Below the pieces are notes generated by a model. It had not been told where the DNA came from, searched no databases, and worked only from the letters and a program-made list of their open reading frames with translations. Positions 50,770-62,720 of a stretch of DNA of 64,000 bases are shown in pieces. The translations under genes and the position numbers were made by a program. Source of the DNA: Camelus ferus. Taxonomy: Eukaryota. Position 1 is the first letter of the stretch. Every line of letters begins with the position of its first letter. The stretch lies in contig NC_045696.1 of NCBI RefSeq assembly GCF_009834535.1, forward strand, positions 103,976,001 to 104,040,000, given 5' to 3'.

Positions 50770-51004
50770 GTCCTGTGCTAGCATCTTCCTTTGACGGAGA
50801 AATGAGGCTCTCAGAGGTGGAGTGGCTTGCCCAGCGAGGGTGACATGGCTGGTGAGTGCTGGGGAGAGGATTCAAGCCAGAGCCCACGTCAAAACGTGGA
50901 CAAACACCACAGATTTCTGAGAGAAACAGCTGAGTATTCCAATCCCTGCTCTGCCACTCAGGACCAGCGGGATGTGGCAAATCATTTCACCCTGGGACCC
51001 TCGG

Positions 51005-51400
51005 CTTCTGTGGATGTTGTCAGGACCATTCTCAAACATTCCAGCTCTCAGCCTCCAGGCACGGGATCACCATCCCCTTCCCCACTCACTGAAGTTAGGT
51101 GCGGGTGGCCATGAGTCCTGCTTTGGCCAATGAGATGTCAGTGGAAGTGCTGTGTGTCACTTCCAACCAGAAGCTTAAGTGCTGGTCCATATAAGCTGCC
51201 TTCTGTTTTCCATTAGTGACCACTCAGGGCTGCTCCTTCTGCCCTGGACCTGAAGTGAGGACGCAAATCTTGCAGACCAGAGCCTCCAGGGTACCAGCAA
51301 AGAGCACGCACCACAGGCAAAGACAAACCTTGGTTGAAGTCATTGTGACTTGGCCCTTGTCTGTTACAGCTGGGAAGCCTGGCACATCCCGATTGATACA
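51005..51400 (+). mobile_element. MaLR LTR (MLT1I/J-like)
   Basis: ggccatgagtcctgctttggccaatgagatgtcagtggaagtgctgtgtgtcacttcc, ending gattgataca. Confidence 0.7.
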
Positions 51401-51939
51401 GGCTCCTTCTCCATAAAACAAGTGATGTGAAGACTGATTGAGGTGGCACATGTAAAGCACCGAGACAGTGCCTGGCGATCACATTATCTGATTCCTTCTC
51501 CCAGCTCAGCCTGAATTCCCCAGCTGTAAGGAATAGGGGCTAATGCTAATAGTTACCTTGCTCCGTTTAAATTAAACTTCTGTTAACCCATGAGGTATTC
51601 ATGGAAAGGATTTTGGGAATGTTTACTGATGTGCTGAGTCATATGTGTCCTTCACCCCACTCTGGCTTTGATGGAGAGGCTGGGGAGAGGTGGAGGGAGC
51701 TTGGGGACAGAATCCCAGTCCTGGGACAAAGAGCTGCCCAAGGACTCCAGATTCCTGATCGAGGTGACAGCTGTGGACCAAATATCCCCAAAGGCGGGAC
51801 TGTAAAGGGTCAGCTTGTGTCAGGAGGTCAGGAGGGCCAGGCAGCCTGCTGACAGCTGCCGACATGGAGGAGGCAAAGAGGAGGCACTGCTTCCTGAGAG
51901 GGGCTGCCAGATGGAGGGATGGAGACTGCGCCGAGGAGA

Positions 51940-52290
51940 TTCTCGGTGATGAAAATGCGCAGTTGCCACGGGACTTGAATTAAGACCCCATTTAGCAACA
52001 CTGGTTAAGGAGCTATAAATAGCACCTGGGCTCTCTCACAGGCCATAAAACACACTTCCCTGCACCGCTCCCAGCCAGCAGCCTGCCCTCCTTAATTGGG
52101 GCTCAAAATAAAATACCTGGAAGGACGCTTCTGGATGGAAGGCCCGCGTTGTCATAGTGACCAGTTGCTGGGCTAGGGATGGGACGGAGGCTTGACACAG
52201 GGCTGCTGCGGCAAAGGTGGGAAGGAGGAGGAGGAGAGAAGGGGGAAGCGAGGGAACGTGGCTGAAGGTTACTATGGAAATCTGGAACCA
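51940..52290. promoter_or_regulatory. Candidate enhancer (MEF2 + E-box + RFX cluster)
   Basis: CTATAAATAG (52013-52022) abutting CACCTG (52023-52028), CCATAAAA (52043-52050), and X-box-like GTTGTCATAGTGAC (52148-52161) and GTTACTATGGAAAT (52268-52281). Confidence 0.4.
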
Positions 52291-54069
52291 TACCTCATGA
52301 GGTGGTGGATACATCAGTCTACCCAAAGTGGCAGCCTCACCTACCCGCTCTTCCAAAGACAAATCAGGACCATGAGGCAGGGAAGTGGGTAGATAGGAGG
52401 ACACAAGACCTGTGTTTCAGCCTTGCCTCAGTCACTGGACAACTGGGAGACCTTGGCGAGGGGCAAGGGGGGCCTCCCCACCTACTCTGGGCCTCTGGTC
52501 TCTTCCACTGTAAAATGAGGGCAGAAAGAGAGGTCTTTAAACTCTAGATGCACACCTGGGGCACTACCATGGAACTCCCAGCAGCGTCAAGAAGAAAGCC
52601 CATCCATCATGTGCTGATGCATAAAGTGAAGAAAGCAGGGTGCATGCCAGTGCGTAAGGGGACCACTGTGTTTGTGATTTTTGAAAAATATCTTGGAAGA
52701 AAATGCAAGAATCTGACAGCATTGGTTGCCTCTGGGGAGAGAGGCTGGCAACAGGGGTGGGCAGGAGACATCACTGTCGTGTTGTTAATTAAACCCTCCT
52801 TATGAATGTATTTAATGTAAATAAAATCTAAATTTTAAAAAAACGGGACTTCAGAAGGCCCAGGTTTTAATGAATGAGTAAATGACTGACTAGACCCGTG
52901 AGGTCTCCCTCTGTGAACTGGTCTCTTGGCTACTGCTTTCTGCCTCCTGCGCTCCTGAACTTCTTGCTGTCTCCTTAAGCCTCTGTGCCTTTGCACATGC
53001 TGTGCCCACCCTGAAACACCTTTCTCAGCAGGGCCCAGGTCTGACCCTAAGGTATACGCGGGGTCCCAGCTCACAGTGCCACTCAGTACAGCGCTCTGTG
53101 GTCCTGAGGACTCACACACACACAGCACTCATTCCAGATGACCCCTTGTGGTTTAGCTGCCGAAAAGCAAGTCTCTTCTCTCACATCACCTCTTCCTTTG
53201 GCCTTATTTGAAGGTGCTGGGAAAGTTAATTTTGAACACTGGCCTGAGCAAGATACGATGAGGAAAGGATGCCACGTACCAGGAAGTACGCACAGTAGAG
53301 GTACCAGCAACACCATGGTGAGGGGCCGGCCCACTGTGCTGCCTGACTGGGGATAATTGATTTTGTGGATTATTCACGGCCGAGGTGCCTTTGGGGACTT
53401 CACATTGGCTGCCTTCCTGCCTGCCCGCTAGGGCATCCCATGGTAATGAGGTACCCCTGGGGAGGCACTGCCAGGCAGAGACTTGGCTCTGTAATTTAAC
53501 TGGCCGAGTGATCTCAGCAAAGCCCTGACCCTCACTGGTCCCATCCACAACCCTGGTCCAAGCCCCCTCTGACACTGTCTGGTCCCTCTCTGTACCATGG
53601 GGGTGGGGGGTGCTTGGGCCAAGGTCCCTAAAGCCCTGCCCATTTGGGACTCTCTGTGGAATTTTAAACATCAGCCCAAGCAGGACAGAACACTGAAGAG
53701 AAGCCCACTGTAGATAAAACAAGTACAATCTCCCAGTGGATATCAGAGACCAGAGGAGGGGATGTAACGATGCCCCAGTAGTTACAGGAAGATATATACA
53801 TGCAAGGCACATGGCCATGTGTCAACCCAGAAACCTAAGGAAATACCTCTCTTTCAGGTCTCTGAGTTGAAGTCGCCACTGAAATATGTCTTCAGTGTGA
53901 CCATTCTCCGCGGATGGCAGTGTAGGGAGGACAGGATACAGTTGTTACCAAATGAAACTTCCCTGGAGAATGAAGTGACGCTACCAGAAGGATAGCCTTG
54001 ATTATCACCCTGATTTTTCTGAATGATCAGTCATTTATAAACTCTCATGCTACTAATGCTTATGTTAGT

Positions 54070-54795
54070 TACTAATGGATTTCCGATGGTTTTGCCTTCA
54101 GCATCCTTTGCTTCCTGTCAGTAAAACATCTTTGAATTCCCTCGAGGAGTGTGTTGCTCCTGAGACTTTGCCCCCTCCCAGTCTTCAGGGGTGGAGCCTG
54201 TGACAGGGGCCGAGCCAATCAGCACATTTCAGTCCAGGGCCCACAGCGACTGGTTGGGGGTGGGACACGTGACCCAATGGGACTAATCAGGATGCACTTC
54301 AGGACCGTGCTAGGCAAAGCTGGTATGAGCATGCTGGCTCCTGCTGGATAGAGAGGGAAGGGGTGCCCCTGGGGTCCCTGCAGTCATTTTGGGACGGGAG
54401 AAAGAAGACCCCGACCCTGGAGCCTCCATCCGGAGTGTGTGAGCAGGAGGGAGCTTAGGGATGGTGCTCTGTGCGATGGGAGACTTAGGGGTCAGTGTGG
54501 AATCACTGTCTTTACTTAGGATGCGTCATTTCATGTAGGTTGAGAGTATTAGGACATAAAGCCCCATATGACACCCCTAAGGCACTACCAGGCTTGAAAA
54601 AAGAAGGGCTGAGAATCAGAGCGAGAGAACCCAGATCCAGATCCTGGTGATGATGTTTGAACCCTGGATACAGGTGAGGCTGGAGCCAGATGTACCCCAG
54701 GACTAGTCAGTGATAAAAGCACACATTCCCTTTACCAGCTGGAGGCAGTTTGGGTCAGGTTTCCTGCTTCTTACAAGTGAATACAACAAATAACC
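54070..54795 (+). mobile_element. MaLR LTR (MLT1K/L-like), with internal interruption
   Basis: gactggttgggggtgggacacgtgacccaa...tcctggtgatgatgtttgaaccctggatacagg...gtttgggtcaggtttcctgcttcttacaa. Confidence 0.65.
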
Positions 54796-55373
54796 TCCCC
54801 CTACCGCCCAACTGGGCCAGGCCTTCTGTAAACCCTTAAACTTGAGATCTTGAACTCTCATCAGAGGTAATTCCTGGTGTGTGGAAGAGGATCTCTGGTC
54901 CCCTGAAGAAAGGCAGGGGGTGAGAACTGAGCTGAAGAGGCCTGGAGTCGGAGAGGATCCCAGAGAGAGGGAGAACCCATGGTGGGCCGAGCCGCACTCG
55001 TAGAAGGTGCTGCCCTCACGCAGTCACTGGGGCGCTCTGGAAAGCCCTCCTTGCCCAACCCCACTTTCCCCTCTGACGCCTCAAAATTCAATTAAGCATT
55101 TTTAATTTTTTCCCCTCAAGTAAATGTAACATAAGAGAGACAAGAAAAAGTCAGGGAATGTCTGTGAGATGGGAGCTCCTGGAATACCAGTCCATGCAGG
55201 GGCTGCACAGTCAAGGATCTAACGTCCAGAGAGCTGAAGTGGCTGACTCAGGGCCAGCGAGGCCGGGCGAGGGCAGAGCCTGGACTAGAGCTCCTGGGTT
55301 CTCACTTCCAACATGGACTCCCTCCCACCCGAAGCTCTGTTGTCTCGTCTTTACTCTTCTAAACTCTCTCCCC

Positions 55374-55405
55374 TGCTGTGCCAAAGCTCTGCCACCAGGT
55401 GGCGA
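55374..55405 (+). promoter_or_regulatory. CTCF motif with upstream module (candidate)
   Basis: Core CCACCAGGTGGCGA (55392-55405) preceded by TGCTGTGCC (55374-55382). Confidence 0.7.
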
Positions 55406-55619
55406 TGTGGAGTCACCGCATTCGGGGTGGCGTTGAATGAGCATGATGGATTTGTTTTTACATAAAAATGTTATCTTTAGTCATCTCAAAAGATAATTAG
55501 CATATAAAACTATGACTAATTTGAATATAACCTCGAGGACAAACCAAAAGAGTATAATCAGGGTTACATATATTGTCTCTCCTTTACTAATTACTTGCCT
55601 CTTTCGAACCCTGCTGATG

Positions 55620-55830
55620 AGGGAGTGGGGAGAAGCCAGGCTCTGAAGTCAGGCTGGCCTGGCTCTGAAGCCCAGCTCTGCTGTGTATTAGCTGTGTCTT
55701 CCACTCCTCTTTGAGCTCAGTGTATCCATCTGTAACCATGGGTTCACGACTACTCTGTATGGGGCTGTGTGAAGGAGAACTTCCTTCCTCACGACTAGCA
55801 TACAGTAGGTGTTCAATAAACCCCAGTCAA
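55620..55830 (+). mobile_element. MIR SINE
   Basis: aggctctgaagtcaggctggcctggctctgaagcccagctctgc...ctcagtgtatccatctgtaaccatgggg. Confidence 0.8.
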
Positions 55831-58759
55831 AGGACTGAACGCTGCGCCGAGTGATGTGCTTGGCATGGTACAGCAAGTACTCGATAAATGACACTTACTG
55901 TCAGAGGCAGAAGGGAAGCAGGTCCACCAGGGAAATTTTAGGCCATGGGCAGTATAAAAGGGGATTTGGAGGGGACGTGAGAACTCACCGGGAGGCCAGA
56001 AATCAGTGTGCCTGTGGCTGCCTACTCGCTGGCCGCATGAGGCTGATGTTTTTCAACCTCAGTGCACAGCATCCCCTCTTCACCACGTACCTCAGCTCTG
56101 AAACCCTTCTAGTATCCTGTCTGCCTAGTGAGGAGGTTCTGCAGGAAAATTCCATTCACCTTTCTCCGTGAGTTCCCTGGCCTCCCCTGGGAGCAGTGGG
56201 GGCAGATGAGGGCAGAGCCTGGACTAGAGCTCCCAAAAGCATGGTGTTTAAGAAGATTCTCAGGGAACAGGGTCGCCTCATCTAACACCAGCTCAAGGGC
56301 TGACTTCACAGGCTTAGGGCCTCTTTCCCTCTGTCTGCAAAACCTGCAGCTGGCTTGGCTGGTGCTCACGGCCCCTCTGGAGGTGAGATCCTGGGAACCC
56401 CTCCCCCTCGGGCTGACAGGGCCTTCCCAGAGGCACAGAATTCTCTTAACTTCAAACCTTCTCAACGCTAACGGAGCAAATTATGTGACACTTTATTTTT
56501 CCCAGGTTGAATGGGCAGAGCTAGCACCTCATAAAGTGACAGGGAAAATATTTGGCCGGTTTTGTAAGCCGGGTCCACAAAGGCTCACTTGTGATGGGTG
56601 GCCCTGCCCAGGTCTGGGCAGCGAGGTCCGCAGACACCACTGCCCGCTTGACATTGGCCACCTGTGTGAAGGCCATGAGGCCTGGCAGCCTCTCAGCGCC
56701 GCCAGGCCATCTCCTCCCACACACTTCCAGACCCCGCGCTGCCAAAAACAACACCGGCCAGCAGCCCTGCGGAGGGGATCCTCGGGGGCAGGCCTGAGAG
56801 GCCCTCATAGAAGTTTCTGTGGACTGGTCAGCGGCAGCTACCTGGGAGATGTCTGCAGTGTGTTTGGGTCGTGGTCTGGCCCCAGCAGGCTCCCCTCAAG
56901 GAATCCACCCGCTAACTTCCCTCGTGCTTCTCAGCCTCCCTGCCTGTGCTCCTGCCACCCCCCCACCCGGAACACCTCTCCCCGTCCTCCCCATTGACCC
57001 CTTCCCAGCCCAGTGCAGTGTCCTCCTCTGGGCCCCATCCCTCCATAACTCTGTACCCACCAGGACCCTTCCTTCCCACGAGCTGACAGTGCTCGCTGCC
57101 TGTGCCCCTCATTAGATATTTAATCACACCCTTCTTGGGGTGCCTCTATTATTTAATGCTGGGATTATTTATTTCACTGACACCTCATTTATTTGAAAGT
57201 TAGGCAAAGAGTCTTTTTAACATCAGCAAATTTTTCTGATAAATTATCCTTTTAAGTATCAACTTACTTTTAGTTTGATTTCTCTGGGTGGGAATTTTTC
57301 TAAAATGCATTATACCTTCATCTTTTTTTAAAATTTTACTTTTTCCGTTTTATTGCGATATACTTGATATGTGGCACTGTGTAAGTTTAAGGTGTACCAT
57401 GACGATTTGATGACACTGCTAAATGATATTATGCCCTCCTCTTAAACTAATTACCCTAAACATAATGGAATCCATTTTTGAGGATTCAGAATTAGAAAGG
57501 AAAACGCCACCTTGGTACCGTAAGCTTGCTGTTTTCAGCCCCCGAGGTGGGGGCTATGTGGCCCTTTGCTGAGTGGCCCCAGGTGGCTGCATTCCAGAGC
57601 TCTTGCTTGCTGTCGCTATTCTGTGTCCCTCCGTATGGGTAGGAGTCCGTGCCGCAGGATACTGCTGGCGTGCTTGCCTCTGGCCTCACCTACCCCGCAC
57701 ACTCCCATGTACTGTTTCTACTCTGTGGAGGGAGTAGGAGGGAGATACCCAAGCCTGTGTAAACGTGAGTAAGGTGTAGATGAACAGCGAACAGTGTCTG
57801 AGATCTTTTCCAAACTGCAGAACAGAAATCGGGCTCCTCTCAAGGCCCTACATGAGTCTTCCGGTTCATTCGTAGGTTTGGGGTTGCATAGAGTCCAGGA
57901 TGCCACACAGTGCACTGTTCCCATGCCCCTGGAGATGGGTAGGGTCCGCTGTGCCCACACAGGGCCTGACCCAGAGTAGCTCAGAGGTAGGACATGGCTG
58001 ACTTGCTCTGGGTGCTGGGTGACCCGGATGTGGCTCATCCCACAGCTCCATCCTCAGCTCTCACTTTAGAATCAACTGTGTCCTGTAAGGGCACGCTGGG
58101 CCTGTTGGCGGCTGCCGTCTCCAGAGGACGCGTCTTTGGGGTAAATCTCTAAAGCCTTATTACAAACAGCCATGGCATCTGATCTCTGGTTCTTGAGAAA
58201 ACAGAGACGTCCAACAACTTTACGCAGCACACAGGACAGGCATGGCCACTGAGAAGCCATCTGGTTCCTCCTAAGTTACCACAGCTGGTTTGGGCTGAGG
58301 TAAATCCTCTCTTAAGGCCTGGGAATAGAGGGGTGGACAAAGGGCGAGCTGGGGGCAGTGACTACACGCCAGTTAGGATCCAGGGACTAGGGAAGAAAGG
58401 GCCCAGGAGGCCCCTGGAGCCAGGGTGGGAGGTGGAGGCAAAGGTGTGGCCTCTTTCCCACAGTCGAGGTGGCCTGGCTGCCCTGCGGTTGATGAGCTCT
58501 GCTGGGCAGTGTTCTTCTCCCCAGCGATGCTTTCCTTGGGAAGGCACTGTGACCATGAGGCATCTCAAAGGCGCCACTTAGCCACCTTGCCTTGGACGCT
58601 GTTACTGAGTTTGTTAATCTCGCCCACACCGCAAATTATCCTCACTCAAAATTCTTATGTACACAAAGCTTTACTTCCTGCTTGCTTCTTTTAACCTTTG
58701 TGAGACGCTGCCTGCCCCCACCCCTAGCTGTGCCATCTGCTAGGTCCACACCTAAATGG

Positions 58760-59130
58760 TAGCAGACTCTTTCCTGCCTCAGGGCCTTTGCACATGCTGC
58801 TCCTTCTGCCTGGAACACCCTTGTCTTCTCTCTTGCCCCACAGCAGACACTTGGCTAGTTAGTTCTTCCTCTGAGCTTACAGGTTCCCTAGACTGGCCTT
58901 CTCCATCTGGCTCCCAAGGCAGACTAGGCCTCTGAGCACCCTCTGCTCCCCCGGCATGCCACTAGGCACAGTAGGAACCACAGGATAATCTCTTGGTTGT
59001 GACGTGTCTTGCTGCTGAGTTATAAATTCCATGGAGGTGGGGTCCCTGGCTGCCTTGTCCACTGCCTTATCTTCAGTACCTCACACAGAGCCTGGTGCCC
59101 AGTTCATGGTCAGTAAATACTATTAATCAA
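58760..59130 (+). mobile_element. L2 3' region
   Basis: ttcctgcctcagggcctttgcacatgctgctccttctgcctggaacaccctt...cttgtccactgccttatcttcagtacctcacacagagcctggtgccc...tcagtaaatac. Confidence 0.85.
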
Positions 59131-59689
59131 TCACCACACCCTTCACCCCAACTCTAGCCACTCTGAGCTGCCCCCAGACCCCAGGCCTTCTCATAACTCT
59201 AATTTCTTGCTGTTTCTGTCTGGATACTGCTCTCTTGCCTAAGTAATCCTTGCTCTTTGATGAAGGAATGAATGAATCAATGATTACATGAGTCAATAAA
59301 CAAACTATGAGGATTTCAGGGAATTTATGTTATCTGAGGCCCTCCATTGCACAACTGAAAAGGCACGGAACGTGTGGCTGGCATTTTCAGAGGAAAATGA
59401 CCCTGAGTGGGAGAACTGCCCGCAACAAAGCTCAATGAATTTGCAGGCATCCCTCTAAAATGCTTTCGGGGAATCCTAAAAAAGTCTCTGGTGAGCAAGG
59501 GCTGGTGAGTGGAAATGAATAGTGTGGAACATATTATGATTAATTTAAATGGATGTGCACCACCAATGCATCTCATATTTAGTGTGCTGTCTATTGTTCA
59601 GCCTAAGGAAGGGGGTTCCCCCTTCCTTATTCATAAGGTGGAAAGAACCTAGGTGTCTGTGAATATTACGCAGGTAGAAATAAGAGCTA

Positions 59690-59920
59690 CCTGGCAGTGA
59701 TCGCTTCTGCGTGCCAGCGTGTCCTGCGTAGTTGATACGCCTTGTATTATTTAATCCTCAAAAGAACTTTGAAAGGTGGGAGTTATCTCCATTTTGCAGA
59801 TGAGAAGATGGAGTTTTGGAAAGGTTGAGTAACTTGGCCAAGGTTACAGAACGAGCTGTGGCAGAGGTGGGCTCCACCCTTGGCCACTAGACTCTGAAAT
59901 CTCTGCCCCGGCTGCAGAAC
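59690..59920 (-). mobile_element. MIR SINE
   Basis: atttaatcctca...tctccattttgcagatgagaagatggag...aaggttgagtaacttggccaaggttacaga. Confidence 0.85.
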
Positions 59921-60689
59921 GAGGGGCTGGGCAGGGGCCTCTGGGCAGGCATCCCCCAAGCTGAGGATGCAGTGCTGCCATGGAAACAAGGTTCCCAGCT
60001 TCTGGTCCTGCCAGGTCCACTTCCCAGCTTTTCAGCCAGGTCTTTCCCAGCCTTCCAGCCTGGGGGTCTGCAGTAGACAGGGAGGAAGGCAAGGGTGGCC
60101 CTTGGACAACTCAAGCCAAGCCACTTGGGCATGCAGAGCCAGCCTGAGGGGGGCTGTGGCAGCCTCCAAGGGGACGGTAGTTGGGCTCTAAGATTCCCTA
60201 TCCTTTTCCACAAAATAATACCCTTCTCCGTCGCTTGCCCTGGCAAGTTTGGGTGGTGCGTTTTAGGGCCAGCTGCCTTCATCTCACCTGCCCTTCTGCA
60301 CCTGCAGAGATGCAGGTCTCGTGAAGCCAGTCCTCTACCTCTTCGAAGTTCCATCCCCTACGTGGCCACCATGTGTCTCCACCCCCAGAGGAGCAGCTGC
60401 TTGGCATGGGCTCTGGAAAGAAGGGCCTCTGACCCCCTCGCCGTGACTCCTTGTCGGGTTCAGGCCACAAGCCCTCCCCAGAGAGGTGCAGTACAGTTAA
60501 ATCTCTGGGAACCGAAGGCACCCCCACCTTCTCTCTAGGCTCCAGGCTTACATGCTGGGGCGGCCACGTCCTGGGAGCCAGGGCGCCCGCTGCACTGGCT
60601 CTCCCGCCCTTACGGCCCTCCTCACCTCTTCAGACCACCCTGACGCATGGCTCCCGAGCACACGGAGACCTGCTGAGCAGGGGAGCCTC

Positions 60690-61103
60690 CACCCTCAGTG
60701 GCAGTCTGACAAAGCACCACAGGTGCGGCAGCTCAAGCAACAGACATGTGCGGTCTCACAGCTCTGGAGCCAACAGGCTGCCTCCTGCTGAGGCTGAGAG
60801 GAGTCTGTTCCCGGCCTCCCCCCCACTCCCGGGCATTCGCTGGCCATCTCTGGTGCTCCATGGCTTGTGGCCACATCACACTGATGCGCACCTCATGTTC
60901 ACAGAGCGTTTTCTTGGTGTCTGTGTCTCTGTATCCAAATCCCCGCTTTTTACAAGGACACCAGTCATACTAGATTACAGCCCACTTTCATGGCCTCATC
61001 TTAGCTTATCGCGTCTTATTTCCAAGTGAGGTCACACTCTGAGGTCCTGGGCGTTAGGACGTCAACATATGAATTCTAGGGGGACACAGTTCAACCCATA
61101 ACA
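60690..61103 (-). mobile_element. MaLR LTR (MLT1C/B-like)
   Basis: ttacaaggacaccagtcatactagatta...atttccaagtgaggtcacactctgaggtcctgggcgttaggacgtcaacatatgaatt...gggacacagttcaacccataaca. Confidence 0.88.
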
Positions 61104-61699
61104 CTCTGTTTACTTTATGCACGGGAAAGACCAGGGTGACAGGGAAGAGCGCAGTGCAGTGCAGCGGCTGACTACAGCGTAGCCGGGTTGACGAGATCCC
61201 CCCAAGACACCACTGGAGAGCCATGGAAGAAAGTGAGACTTACATGCAAAAAGGCAGCACAGAGGGGCGGAGCCTTGGGAGCCAGAGCAGGGGCCACAGG
61301 GCTGCTGGGGGCTGACAACAACCACTGCCACAGACTTGGGGCTTCTCGGGCCTGGGCAAGACCGTCGGGACAATACTGGAGCACATGGCTGATGGCTGCA
61401 CCATTCAACCACCCCCAATGGAGGGGATTCTCAGAAGGTAAACATAGGCTACACTTAACTTCAGTTCAGGGGACCCCAAGAGGCTCCAAGAAGGGACCCC
61501 AGCGGCCTCAGCACCAGCCCATTCTGATGCCCCAATCTCTGGTTCTTAACTATGTCTGAGTTCACAATAAAATCCCTTCCTGACAAGACTAACAACCAAG
61601 CTCACTTAACATAAATCCCCTCTAAGGAAGTGGTCCTTGAGTCCTGAGATTCTGCGAGGCACTAACCAATGTTGGCAGCTTTAAAATATACATGCTGGT

Positions 61700-62720
61700 T
61701 AAATTAATTAGAGAATCCTTTTCTGGAAAGTCGGTTGGCATTCAGTATCATCGGACTCAAAAATAGTTCATATTCCTTGAGCCATTAGTTTTATTTCTAA
61801 CAACCTACCATGCTGATACACATAAACAGGACAGCAGGTATGAGCAGAAGCATTCGCTGAAGTGTTATTTATAGAAGGGAAAAACTGGAAACAACCCAAA
61901 TGTACAAAACTGAGGGTGGTTAATTAGATTATGATAAACCAAATGGCGACATATTACCTACTCATTAACAATGGTATTATCCCACCAACACCACCACTGC
62001 TCATCACGGTTCTAGAAGTACTCGTCAAATAATGAGGTAAGAGAAGGAAGGCAGAATTGTCACCACCTGCAGAGAATATGTGTGTATACCCAGAATATCC
62101 AAGAGAATCAAAAGAGACCCTACTAAAGAAATAAGAATTCAGCAAGACAGAAAAATCACTGGTAATCAAAAATCAACAGCTTCTCATGACATCTAACAAG
62201 CTAGGAAATATATGGAAAGTAGGATTCCTTCCATAATGACAAGAAAAAAAGATGAAATGCCTAGGGATAAACGTAACAAGATATGTGCAAGACTTGCAAG
62301 AGTAAACACTGAAGTCATACTAAAGTCATAACAGAAAACTTGAATAAATGGAAAAGACATATTTCATGTTTGCAGCGGAGGACTCAATAACTCAGAAATG
62401 CCAGTTATCCCCTAAAATAATCTGTAAATGCAGTATGATCTCAATTAAAATACCAACAGGATTTGAGGGGACCGCACCAAAATGATTAACTAGGGTTTAT
62501 CTGGAAAAGTAAACACGAAAGAAGAAACAGAAAAATACTGAAGTAAAGAGTAATGAGGCAGGAGCAGTCCTAATGGCTATTAAAAGATTTTAATCATGGC
62601 GTTGCGGTGATTAAAACCACGTGGCACTGGTGAAGGTCTGGATGCAGGGATCAATGGAACGCCGTGTTTCTCCAAGAATCGGCAAGTAGCTGCTGCTCGT
62701 GAGAAGGTGGTCTGGTGGGA
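61700..62720 (+). mobile_element. Old L1 fragments (3' end piece ~61700-61960; ORF2 piece ~61975-62720)
   Basis: aaaaactggaaacaacccaaatgt, then ORF2-like aaatgcctagggataaacgtaacaagatatgtgcaagact and ttgaataaatggaaaagacat. Confidence 0.8.

Noticed and set aside
53204..53818. 204-aa minus-strand ORF
   Set aside because: No recognisable homology or motif; likely a chance ORF.
56128..56997. Longest ORF (289 aa)
   Set aside because: Non-ATG start, no recognisable domain, Pro/Gly/Arg/Ser-rich composition expected from GC-rich non-coding DNA, and no supporting exon structure.
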